A DNA stretch of 29,298 bases from a virus (lineage: Duplodnaviria > Caudoviricetes), in IMG/VR virus record IMGVR_UViG_3300048021_000073, positions 1 to 29,298 of that record; one strand, given 5' to 3'. Made by a program: the position numbers and the translations under genes. Positions 7,241 to 15,874 of this stretch are shown here, piece after piece; position 1 is the stretch's first letter, and each line of letters starts with the position of its first letter. Below the pieces are notes generated by a model. That model was not told the DNA's origin and made no database searches. It saw only the letters and a program-made list of their open reading frames with translations.

Positions 7241-7645
7241 ATGAAACCAGTAAAAGTAAAAGGTCAAATATTTTGGTCACGTCACAACGAGTCTTATGAT
7301 GATGGACGGTATGGTGTAGACATTGGGAAACTGTCAGCTAAAGCAGTCGAGAAGTTGCAGGAAGAAGCTATGCTCGATGTCAAGCACAAAGAGACTCAGG
7401 ATTTTCATGTCACCTGTAAGAGTAACTATCCTATCAAGATGGTTGACTCCGAAGGTAATGAGATTACAGGTAAGATCGGTAATGGATCTGATTGTATTGC
7501 CATCATTGATCCTTATACCTACAACTACAAAGGTAAGAAGGGCGTGTCAGCAGGGATTAGGGGTGAGGTTGTTGTCACAAACCTAATCGAGTTTACTGGA
7601 GCAGGTGCAGCGTCTGCTGATCTGGAAGCACTAGAAGCAGTATAA
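7241..7645 (+). CDS. Putative single-stranded DNA-binding protein
   Basis: Position between polymerase and exonuclease; beta-rich composition, IGNGS motif, acidic C-terminus. Confidence 0.55.
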   Translation: MKPVKVKGQIFWSRHNESYDDGRYGVDIGKLSAKAVEKLQEEAMLDVKHKETQDFHVTCKSNYPIKMVDSEGNEITGKIGNGSDCIAIIDPYTYNYKGKKGVSAGIRGEVVVTNLIEFTGAGAASADLEALEAV

Positions 7646-8355
7646 TGGGTAGACCGTCTCTCAATAATGCAACTGCACTGATAGACGGTGATATCCTAGT
7701 GTACCGAATTGGTTTTGCTAGTGACGATGATGATGAGAAGTTTGCTATTAGTCGGATGGGTAACTATGTTACTAATCTTTTACGCTTCGATTACGTAGAT
7801 GACTTCTCTGGTTACGTCACCGGCAGGACCAACTTCCGGTACAAGATAGCTAACGAGAAAGAGTACAAGGGGAATCGTAGTGGCGCTAGAAAGCCTAACC
7901 ATTACGAAGCCCTGCGTCAGTACCTCATTGAACGATGGGGATTCGAGTTAAGCGAAGGGGAAGAAGCGGATGATGCAATTGGTATTGCTGCCTACACTAT
8001 GAAGGCAGGAGCCTTTTGCATCATGTCGTTAGATAAAGACCTTGATATGTTGCGGGGATGGCACTACAACTTTGTCAAGGACAATCTTTATTACATTACT
8101 GAGAAGGAAGCCATCAAACATTTTTATCTTCAGATACTAACCGGTGATCGAGTGGACAACATTCCTGGACTGCAGGGCATAGGTCCCGTTAAAGCTGGGA
8201 AGATACTGAAGGACTGTAAAAACGAGAGACAATTATTCGCTGCGGTTTTAGAAGCGTATGAGGATAACCTTGAGTTACTAACTGAAAGAGCACAATTACT
8301 ATGGATACGAAGAAAAGCTGGAGAGATTTGGATACCGAAGATTTCCCAGAGATAG
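7645..8355 (+). CDS. 5'-3' exonuclease (T7 gp6/FEN-like)
   Basis: LIDGD, YKGNR, EADDAIG, DKDL, GDRVDNIPGLQGIGPVKA (H3TH) motifs. Confidence 0.95.
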   Translation: MGRPSLNNATALIDGDILVYRIGFASDDDDEKFAISRMGNYVTNLLRFDYVDDFSGYVTGRTNFRYKIANEKEYKGNRSGARKPNHYEALRQYLIERWGFELSEGEEADDAIGIAAYTMKAGAFCIMSLDKDLDMLRGWHYNFVKDNLYYITEKEAIKHFYLQILTGDRVDNIPGLQGIGPVKAGKILKDCKNERQLFAAVLEAYEDNLELLTERAQLLWIRRKAGEIWIPKISQR

Positions 8356-8687
8356 CGTATATTGAATGGCTGGATGCTGTGTCAGAATCTGGATGGGAAA
8401 CCATTGAGAAAGCTGAAGCACATCCGGTATTGAGTATAGGTTTCGTAGTAGCGGAAGACGATGACGCTATATGTATTGCTGCTGCTATATCCTACGATCA
8501 GTCTAACTCAAGAATGCAAATACCTAAAGGCATGATTACTAAAGTGAAGCGGGTTAGATTGAACAAGTTCTTAGACATAAGGAGAAAACAATCAAAACCC
8601 AAAGCGCAAAAGCCAAAGGAAGAAAACTCCAGCAATGGTTTAGAGACAGAATTTTGGACAGGTTCGACTTTTCCAGGTCCGATGTAA
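8301..8687 (+). CDS. Conserved phage hypothetical protein (start may be TTG 8328)
   Basis: IEWLDA...SGW...SIGFV...IPKGMI pattern; C-terminal ~32 aa overlaps the next gene in another frame. Confidence 0.75.
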   Translation: MDTKKSWRDLDTEDFPEIAYIEWLDAVSESGWETIEKAEAHPVLSIGFVVAEDDDAICIAAAISYDQSNSRMQIPKGMITKVKRVRLNKFLDIRRKQSKPKAQKPKEENSSNGLETEFWTGSTFPGPM

Positions 8688-8950
8688 GATCAACCAGTAT
8701 GGGAGCGGGTGGGGAAGACATACTGTTTTCTCAGGAAGCAGGAGATACATTAGGCATATCAGTAGAGTGTAAGTCAAGAAGTTCTCTCGCTGTGTATGCT
8801 TTTTATTCCCAAGCTGCCGACAACTGCCCAGAAGATAGAGAGCCTGTTGTTATTGTTAAACAGAACCACTCTAAACCACTGGCTGTTATCGATGCAGAAT
8901 ACTTCATACGACTGCTAAAGGAGAAGCATGAGACACTTAGTCATTCCTGA
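8591..8950 (+). CDS. Holliday junction resolvase-like PD-(D/E)xK endonuclease, apparent ATC start
   Basis: Frame reads (I/M)KTQSAKAKGRKLQQW...STSMGAGGED...SVECK from 8591, 6 nt after TAAGGAG; the ORF-track start (TTG 8654) omits the SAKAKGR helix. Confidence 0.8.
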   Translation: MKTQSAKAKGRKLQQWFRDRILDRFDFSRSDVRSTSMGAGGEDILFSQEAGDTLGISVECKSRSSLAVYAFYSQAADNCPEDREPVVIVKQNHSKPLAVIDAEYFIRLLKEKHETLSHS

Positions 8951-9707
8951 TACGCAATGCAAACCTGGCTATCCTACTGAGCATTTAGAGTGGGTCGGGA
9001 AATACGCAGCAGAAAAGAAACCAGAAGTTATTGTCCATCTCGGAGATCACTGGGACATGCCGAGCCTTTCCATTTACGATGTCGGTAAGAAAGCATTCGA
9101 GGGACGGACATATAACAACGATATCATTGCAGGTAACTTAGCGATGGATAAATTAATGAAACCTATTGTCAATGAAATCAATAGGTTAAAGAGAAACAGA
9201 AAGAAAACATGGAACCCTAAGTTAATTTTCTTAATAGGTAATCATGAGCAACGAATAGAGAGAGCTATAGAGTCTGATAGAAAACTAGAAGGCTTGATAG
9301 GTTATAACGACTTTAACCTAAAAAAGTACGGCTGGGATATACAAGACTTTCTAGACGTAAAAATAATAAATAACATTGCATACAGTCACTACTTTACATC
9401 GGGCGTTATGGGTAGACCGGTTAGTAATCCTGGTTTATTATTACAGAAGAAGCACATGAGTTGTATTATGGGACACGTTCAAGACCGAGCTATATCATTT
9501 AGTAAACGGGCAGACGGTTCTAGTATTACAGGAATCTTTGCTGGTATCTGTTACCAACATGACGAGGACTACTTAACTCCGCAGACAAACGGTAGCTGGT
9601 CAGGAGTTTGGATGTTGAACGAGGTAAACAACGGTAGCTTTGATGAGATGCCAATCAGTTTAAATTATCTAAGGAAGAAATATGCAAGTAGAAAAAGTAC
9701 TAGATGA
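8928..9707 (+). CDS. Calcineurin-like metallophosphoesterase
   Basis: IPDTQ, HLGDHWD, GNHE, SHYF and MGHVQ metal-binding motifs. Confidence 0.9.
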   Translation: MRHLVIPDTQCKPGYPTEHLEWVGKYAAEKKPEVIVHLGDHWDMPSLSIYDVGKKAFEGRTYNNDIIAGNLAMDKLMKPIVNEINRLKRNRKKTWNPKLIFLIGNHEQRIERAIESDRKLEGLIGYNDFNLKKYGWDIQDFLDVKIINNIAYSHYFTSGVMGRPVSNPGLLLQKKHMSCIMGHVQDRAISFSKRADGSSITGIFAGICYQHDEDYLTPQTNGSWSGVWMLNEVNNGSFDEMPISLNYLRKKYASRKSTR

Positions 9708-9969
9708 AAGAGCGCAGACTTACGGGCAGTATCATATGGTCAGTAAGATCAGCCAAGAACTAAAACAAGTCATGAAGTATTCACCTAACTACGCTACCAT
9801 GCCTGACTACATGAAGGAATCTCTCGACCTGATTGCAAACAAGTTAGCTAGAATACTTAATGGTGATCCGTTATATGATGACTCATGGAGAGATATCTCT
9901 GGGTACTGCACTTTAGTACTGATGGAGATAGAAGATATGGAGAATCATTGTGAACCTGACGCTTGTTGA
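9682..9969 (+). CDS. DUF6378-like protein
   Basis: ERAQTYG...KLARILNGDP..DDSWRDISGY pattern. Confidence 0.7.
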   Translation: MQVEKVLDERAQTYGQYHMVSKISQELKQVMKYSPNYATMPDYMKESLDLIANKLARILNGDPLYDDSWRDISGYCTLVLMEIEDMENHCEPDAC

Positions 9970-10102
9970 ATTAAAAGAAAAGCTAATGCAGTTTGATGAG
10001 CTTGACTTGATTGAGCTTCTGGACTTGACTTCGGAAGATATACTTGATCGTTTTGAAGATGTTGTTGAAGATAAATATGAAATGTTACGAAAGGAAATTT
10101 AG
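9950..10102 (+). CDS. Small acidic conserved phage protein (50 aa, GTG start)
   Basis: MNLTLVELKEKL...LLDLTSEDILDRFED; GGAG RBS; stop overlaps the RNR start. Confidence 0.7.
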   Translation: MNLTLVELKEKLMQFDELDLIELLDLTSEDILDRFEDVVEDKYEMLRKEI

Positions 10103-11991
10103 TGGATTTTTACCAAGAATATATTGCTAAGAGTAGGTACTGTAGGTTTGTGCAGGACGAAGGACGTAGAGAGAACTGGTTTGAGACAGTCGATAGATAT
10201 ATGGACTTCATGAAGAACCATCTGGAGACTAAGCATAATCATGTGATCCCGATGGAGACAGACTCAGAGTTGCGTGAAGCTATCAAGAACCTAGAGGTTG
10301 TACCTTCTATGCGTTCTATCATGTCAGCAGGTAAAGCGTTAGACAGGGACAACACAGCAGGATACAACTGTAGCTATCTACCTGTTGATGATCCCAAAGC
10401 ATTCGATGAGGCTATGTACATCCTACTGTGTGGCACTGGTGTAGGCTTCAGTGTTGAGCATAAGTACGTTGATAAGCTACCTGAGATACCTGAGAAGTTA
10501 TTTAAGTCAGACACGACTATCGTTGTTGCTGATAGTAAAGAAGGTTGGGCTAAAGCATTACGTCAGGTCATAGCACTACTGTACTCTGGTGAGATACCTA
10601 AGTGGGACTTACGAAAGGTTAGACCAGCAGGTGCTAGACTCAAGACCTTTGGTGGTAGAGCTAGTGGACCAGCACCACTGAATGAGTTGATTGAGTTTGT
10701 CATTAAGAAGTTTCAAGGTGCAGTAGGACGTAAGCTCAACACACTAGAGTGTCACGACATCATGTGTAAGGTAGCTGAGGTTGTAGTAGTGGGTGGTGTT
10801 AGACGTTCAGCTATGATCTCACTGTCTGATTTAGAGGATGACAAGATGAGACACGCTAAGGTAGGACAGTGGTGGGAAGCTAATCCTCAACGTGCATTGG
10901 CTAACAACTCTGCTGTGTACGCTACCAAGCCTGATGTTGGTCAGTTCCTTAACGAGTGGACTAGCTTATATCACAGTCATAGTGGTGAGCGTGGTATCTT
11001 TAATCGTGAGGCTGCTGTAGCTACTGCTAAGAAGAATGGACGTAGAGATACAGACTTCGAGTTTGGTACTAACCCATGCTCAGAGATTATTCTTAGACCT
11101 TATCAGTTCTGTAACTTGTCTGAGGTTGTAGTTAGAGATACAGATACCAAGCAAGACTTAGAACGTAAGGTTAGACTAGCTACTATCTTAGGTACGTATC
11201 AGTCAACGCTGACTCACTTCCCGTATCTTCGTAAGGTATGGCAGAAGAACACTGAGGCTGAGAGACTACTCGGTGTGTCACTGACTGGTATCCTGGACAA
11301 CAAACTCATGGGAGAAACCAGTGAACAAACTAAAGCAATGCTTGAGGGACTCAGAGATGTTTCGGTTGCTACAAACTTACAGCTATCCACTGAGCTTGAT
11401 ATCCCTGTATCTGCTGCCATCACTTGTATTAAGCCTTCTGGCACTGTTAGTCAGCTTGTTGACTCTGCCAGTGGCATTCATACGAGACACAGTAAATACT
11501 ATATCCGCAGGGTACGAGGCGATAAGAAAGATCCTCTATCCACGTTCATGACTGAGCAAGGTATACCGTCTGAGGACTGTGTGCTACGACCAGAGTCTAC
11601 TACTGTCTTTAGCTTTCCTAAGAAGTCACCAGACAATGCACTACTGCGTGATGACTTGACAGCAATACAACACTTAGACTTATGGTTGATGTATCAGAAG
11701 CACTGGTGTGAGCATAAGCCTTCAGTCACTATCTCTGTTGAGGAGCATGAGTGGGTTGAAGTAGGCTCATGGATTTGGAAGAACTTCGATGATGTTAGTG
11801 GTGTTAGCTTCTTGCCCTACGATGGTGGGACATACAAGCAAGCACCCTACGAAGAGTGCAGTGAGGAGGAGTATAAAGAACTGTTGCACAAGATGCCTAA
11901 GAGTATTGAGTGGGACAGTCTCATCGAGGTTGATGACAATGTGGAGGGAGTACAGACACTAGCTTGTACAGCAGGAGTGTGTGAGATTTAA
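10102..11991 (+). CDS. nrdJ: Class II (adenosylcobalamin-dependent) ribonucleotide reductase
   Basis: PSMR, YNCS, GGVRRSA, TNPCSEI, FCNLSE, IKPSGTVSQL and C-terminal CTAGVCEI Cys pair; no beta-subunit gene follows. Confidence 0.92.
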   Translation: MDFYQEYIAKSRYCRFVQDEGRRENWFETVDRYMDFMKNHLETKHNHVIPMETDSELREAIKNLEVVPSMRSIMSAGKALDRDNTAGYNCSYLPVDDPKAFDEAMYILLCGTGVGFSVEHKYVDKLPEIPEKLFKSDTTIVVADSKEGWAKALRQVIALLYSGEIPKWDLRKVRPAGARLKTFGGRASGPAPLNELIEFVIKKFQGAVGRKLNTLECHDIMCKVAEVVVVGGVRRSAMISLSDLEDDKMRHAKVGQWWEANPQRALANNSAVYATKPDVGQFLNEWTSLYHSHSGERGIFNREAAVATAKKNGRRDTDFEFGTNPCSEIILRPYQFCNLSEVVVRDTDTKQDLERKVRLATILGTYQSTLTHFPYLRKVWQKNTEAERLLGVSLTGILDNKLMGETSEQTKAMLEGLRDVSVATNLQLSTELDIPVSAAITCIKPSGTVSQLVDSASGIHTRHSKYYIRRVRGDKKDPLSTFMTEQGIPSEDCVLRPESTTVFSFPKKSPDNALLRDDLTAIQHLDLWLMYQKHWCEHKPSVTISVEEHEWVEVGSWIWKNFDDVSGVSFLPYDGGTYKQAPYEECSEEEYKELLHKMPKSIEWDSLIEVDDNVEGVQTLACTAGVCEI

Positions 11992-12146
11992 TCCTTCTTA
12001 CTATTAATGAGATCAAACAGGGCGCGTACTTTCTCTTCTAACACAGAGATGCGCGCCCCAATTTCTGCCTTCCAGGTTATTGCTAAGAACACTACGAACA
12101 GTAGCCCTGAGATGATCTCCCAGAAATTGATGATGAACTGTTCCAT
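11988..12146 (-). CDS. Small membrane protein, holin-like (52 aa), not in ORF track
   Basis: MEQFIINFWEIISGLLFVVFLAITWKAEIGARISVLEEKVRALFDLINSKKD: one TM plus a coiled coil; TAATG coupling to the upstream lysin; stop overlaps the RNR stop (TTAA). Confidence 0.7.
   Translation of the reverse strand: MEQFIINFWEIISGLLFVVFLAITWKAEIGARISVLEEKVRALFDLINSKKD
12020..12058. terminator. GC-rich hairpin at the arm convergence, possible bidirectional terminator
   Basis: GGGCGCGTA(12020-28)/TGCGCGCCC(12050-58) with inner TCTCT/AGAGA; U tracts are weak. Confidence 0.4.
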
Positions 12147-13117
12147 TACAGTGAATTTTCTATTGCATTAATTTGTGTTTGTGCTGATGCTGGAGGAGTA
12201 GTTGTACCATACAGAGTGTCCATCCATCCTTTTACCCTATTCATTACTCCCACGTCTATCAAACTTGTTTCATAATCTGGATCACTAGGATCTAATGGAG
12301 TTACTGATTGATCGACTGTGCCATCAGGTCTAACGTATCCATTAGCAATTCTCCACTCAATTCTAGCTTGTCTGTTTCTGTATTCGTCACTGTCCCATGT
12401 TTCATCAATAGCAGCGTTTTTATTTGCTTGAGTAGGGTCAGCAATATAGTCACTATATAATTGAGGCCAGTTTTGAGGAGCTGCAGACGGACCCATGTCT
12501 CCTCTATAGTAGGCACTTAACAAACCTTTTTGTAATTCTTCAGATGCATTATCAAACTCTGGCATAAAAGATTTTAGCTCTTCTATCTTAGCGTCCATTG
12601 CTTCTCTAGGAGTCATAGAAGTATACGCATCAACCTGACCTACACCCACTGTTACTTTATCACCAGGTAATTGATACCAATTAGGAGAATAACCTTCTAA
12701 CTCTACTATGTGTTTATGCAATTCATTTAAAGTTTCGTTAGGAAAAGTTTGTTCAATCAGGTCATAAGCATTTTGCCCAGTGTATAGATTCTGCGCTTGA
12801 CTAGGAAGATTACTTGGTGCTGTAGAACTCCAAGGAAAACTAGGAGTATTAACTATCTGTGCTTGGCTTGTAGGAACTGCTTGCGGTTGTTGTGCTACTG
12901 GTTGAGAGACAGGCGTAGTCGCTTGTACAGGTTGTGTCATTGGACCAGCAAAGGATTCAAACTCTTGTCGTGAATAAGGAACAAAGATATCCTGACCTGC
13001 TCTAATTTGATTAGGGTCTTCTATCATATTGTAAGCAGCTAACTGTTCTGGAGTGTATCCAGTTCCTTTAGATATTTGAAACAAAGTATTTCCAGGTTGT
13101 ACTGTTATCTTTGGCAT
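12146..13117 (-). CDS. LysM-domain lysozyme-like peptidoglycan hydrolase
   Basis: N-terminal LysM (TVQPGNTLFQIS...YNMIEDPNQIRAGQDIFVP), Q/P-rich linker, T4-lysozyme-like LEG..WY....VTVGVG; start 13117 has a GGAG RBS. Confidence 0.75.
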   Translation of the reverse strand: MPKITVQPGNTLFQISKGTGYTPEQLAAYNMIEDPNQIRAGQDIFVPYSRQEFESFAGPMTQPVQATTPVSQPVAQQPQAVPTSQAQIVNTPSFPWSSTAPSNLPSQAQNLYTGQNAYDLIEQTFPNETLNELHKHIVELEGYSPNWYQLPGDKVTVGVGQVDAYTSMTPREAMDAKIEELKSFMPEFDNASEELQKGLLSAYYRGDMGPSAAPQNWPQLYSDYIADPTQANKNAAIDETWDSDEYRNRQARIEWRIANGYVRPDGTVDQSVTPLDPSDPDYETSLIDVGVMNRVKGWMDTLYGTTTPPASAQTQINAIENSL

Positions 13118-13127
13118 CGTTACTCCG

Positions 13128-15242
13128 TTAGTCCACAATATAGTCAGGGTTAGTGTAAGGATTAATACCTTTTTTCTTATACTCATTATTTATGAAGTCA
13201 GTATATTCTTTACTGCTTTTATCTTGAATCAATTCACCAAGAACCATTTTTCTAATATCACTGCGTATTGAACTTACTGCGTCTTTAATTGCTTTAGCTT
13301 GTAGACTATCAGGTAACAACATAAAACCTTCTGAAGAAGCCATATAGTTTAGAGCCTGATTAGTATATTCACCCATTAACTGGGACATTCTAGAGTATTG
13401 CTCGTTGTTTAATGTGATACCAAACAAGTTACTAGAGGGTGGTGCTATCTTTAATTCTGGATTGTCAAATAGTTTCTGTAATTTAGTTCTATTTACTTCT
13501 TCAAACTTAAAACCGGAAGTAATTTCTGCTGAACTTCCTAACGATACAGGCTCACCTGTAATCGGACTGACTCTATCAGGAAGATCGCTACGCAAACCTG
13601 GTAGTCTAGCTTTCATGTTGTTTAAAATCCAAGTAGGTAAATACTCGTCTTTAGTTTGTTTACGAACAGGGTCCTCAAGTCTTGCAATCATGTTAAATAA
13701 GTTAGGCGTTAAACCATTAGACGCACCTATAACCATACCATTTAATTTATTTAAACCTTCTTCTGAAGTAACTGCGTTCATAAACTCACCTAGTTGAACA
13801 GTAAAAGTTTTATCTAAGAACGAACTTTTAACTACTTCGGCAACAGACGCTATAGTCTGCATGCTTGCTGCTTCATTACCTTCTAATCTTTGCTGTTCTG
13901 CTTTTTCTTTTCCGTTAGCAAATATAGCAAACACAGTATGTAACGGTTCTATACCTGAGTAGCTTACCCAACGATCTCCGATCTTTACAGAGTTAGGAGG
14001 TATTCCTTGCTCTTGCATCCTAGCTCTGAGTGCTGGGTTAGCAGGGTAGTCACCTGTTAGTTGACCGTCTTGTATCATTGAATATGTCCAGCCAGTAAAA
14101 CCTAAACCTAACAACTGTTGACCCATGAAATCATTTTTTAATTGCTGTTTTGATTTAATCTCTCCAGTTGTTTCAGCTATTTGTTTTTCTAATCTAGCTA
14201 TGGTGACATCGTTTTTAGCTGTGTTTAGTTTAGATATTAGCGATTGCTTTTTAACAACTAATCTTTTAATGTCTTTAGCAGCTTGTCTCATTCTAAGAAC
14301 ACCTAAACCTGGAACAAAACCAGCACCAAACTTAGCTACGTTTAAAGGTGTAATAATGAACGGAGTAATAAAAGCTAATTCAGGCAGTTTCTCCGAAGAA
14401 AATTTAAAGTAATTAGAAGCAGCTTTATCAATTAAACTGTCTCCTAGTTTACTTCTGAACGTACCGTAAAGAGAAAACTCCTCGATTAACTTTGCAGCCT
14501 CTGGGTCAATCTTTGCTACAGCATCAAACAATCGTTCTTCTTGTAGATCTCTTTTACCACCCCGTGCCTTACTAGTTACAGCAGTTTCTAAAGTATCCAC
14601 TAGCTCGTCTCTAGTCATTCCTAAACGTGTTAATACTTCTTCATCAGGAGCGTTCTTTAACCTGTTCATCATAACCTGATACTGCGCTCTTTCAAAGAAC
14701 GTAGCAAACCCTTCGTCAATCCCTCTCTGTAAACTTTGAGGAAACGTAACGACAGTGTTTAAACCTTTATCAAAAGTAGACAACTCTTTCGATGGGTCTT
14801 GCCCTGGAAATCTTAAATAAAAATCTACTTCCTTAGAAGTCCTACCGTCAAAGACAATAGTTCTATTTTGATATCCACCAATAAATCTAGGAAATACTTC
14901 AGCAAATGCTTTGGTATAACCAACAAGAATATCCCCAGCTTCTTTCATTCGTTTAGCATCAAGTGTTGCAAGACCAGAAGCAAAACGAGTAATAGGTGCT
15001 TCGATAACTCTAGCTAAGTTACCCATAAAGTTTTTAAAGGTAGTAGACGGAGCAGACAAAAAGTTATTTCTAACTAATGTAGCAGCACTCTGTCTTAAAT
15101 CAGGTCTGTCAGCTAGGTCTACTAAAGATTTAGTCATGTCAGCTACGACTTGAGCTTTGTCTACGTCAGGATTACCAAAAGTACCGCGAAGCCCGTCAGC
15201 TACTTCTTTTAGTAACATTCTACATCTAGGGTTTACTTTCAT
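13128..15242 (-). CDS. Large internal virion/ejection protein (704 aa)
   Basis: Helical composition, last of the ejection block, LTGDYP...IPPNSVKIGDRWVSYSGIEP segment typical of podovirus large ejection proteins; start ATG 15242 (TAATG, GGAG). Confidence 0.7.
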   Translation of the reverse strand: MKVNPRCRMLLKEVADGLRGTFGNPDVDKAQVVADMTKSLVDLADRPDLRQSAATLVRNNFLSAPSTTFKNFMGNLARVIEAPITRFASGLATLDAKRMKEAGDILVGYTKAFAEVFPRFIGGYQNRTIVFDGRTSKEVDFYLRFPGQDPSKELSTFDKGLNTVVTFPQSLQRGIDEGFATFFERAQYQVMMNRLKNAPDEEVLTRLGMTRDELVDTLETAVTSKARGGKRDLQEERLFDAVAKIDPEAAKLIEEFSLYGTFRSKLGDSLIDKAASNYFKFSSEKLPELAFITPFIITPLNVAKFGAGFVPGLGVLRMRQAAKDIKRLVVKKQSLISKLNTAKNDVTIARLEKQIAETTGEIKSKQQLKNDFMGQQLLGLGFTGWTYSMIQDGQLTGDYPANPALRARMQEQGIPPNSVKIGDRWVSYSGIEPLHTVFAIFANGKEKAEQQRLEGNEAASMQTIASVAEVVKSSFLDKTFTVQLGEFMNAVTSEEGLNKLNGMVIGASNGLTPNLFNMIARLEDPVRKQTKDEYLPTWILNNMKARLPGLRSDLPDRVSPITGEPVSLGSSAEITSGFKFEEVNRTKLQKLFDNPELKIAPPSSNLFGITLNNEQYSRMSQLMGEYTNQALNYMASSEGFMLLPDSLQAKAIKDAVSSIRSDIRKMVLGELIQDKSSKEYTDFINNEYKKKGINPYTNPDYIVD

Positions 15243-15874
15243 TAACAAGCTCCATTTTCAAACAGACGCATAATATCTCCGCCTTCTGCGATAATTTTAT
15301 TAATTCTTTTTTGATCTCGTAATGCCCTAGACAAAGCATTTTTGTCTCCCATCAAAGCACTTCCTAAAGTTATCGTAGGTGTAAGTTTATTCCAAAGATA
15401 AGCTACAGTTGCATCATTACCGTTATCTAAAGCGTTATCTAACTGGTCAATAATACCTATGGTTTCGTCCATCCGTCCTGCAAAGTGTGTAGCAACAAGT
15501 TCTCTCTGCCCTTCAGATAACAAATCTCCTTTAGAATATTTAGCAGCTATAATCTGTGCTGCTCTCCGTCCGTTTTCTAATTGATCTGGAGATAACTCTT
15601 CTGCTATTCTTTTAGCTTCTGCTTGTGCAGCTTTTTCGTTTTCTGTTATAGGTTGACCTATTCTAGAAACTTTACCTACTTGCTCTGGACTAAGCATCTT
15701 GGACATAAGATCAGCTACACGTTTATCAGGTATTTCTGACATACGACCTAATAATTTAGCAGCGTCTTTTGAATCTAAAGCAGACAACGCTTTAATTTGA
15801 TCCGCTGTTAAATTAGGACTAATGTCTTCTGGAAGAAACCTAGAAAATTTATCAAGATAACAACGCTTACTCAT
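15242..15874 (-). CDS. Internal virion/ejection protein segment (210 aa)
   Basis: Helical; coupled to both neighbours (ATGA, TAATG); starts MSKRC, ends NGAC. Confidence 0.65.
   Translation of the reverse strand: MSKRCYLDKFSRFLPEDISPNLTADQIKALSALDSKDAAKLLGRMSEIPDKRVADLMSKMLSPEQVGKVSRIGQPITENEKAAQAEAKRIAEELSPDQLENGRRAAQIIAAKYSKGDLLSEGQRELVATHFAGRMDETIGIIDQLDNALDNGNDATVAYLWNKLTPTITLGSALMGDKNALSRALRDQKRINKIIAEGGDIMRLFENGAC

Noticed and set aside
3997-11991. Introns, inteins or homing endonucleases in replication genes
   Set aside because: Helicase, polymerase and RNR are uninterrupted and of normal or short length; no HNH/LAGLIDADG or splice motifs seen.
13405-14412. Antisense ORFs (also 1531-1851, 6791-7141, 16508-16774 and similar)
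   Set aside because: Shadow frames of well-supported genes, without RBS or motifs.
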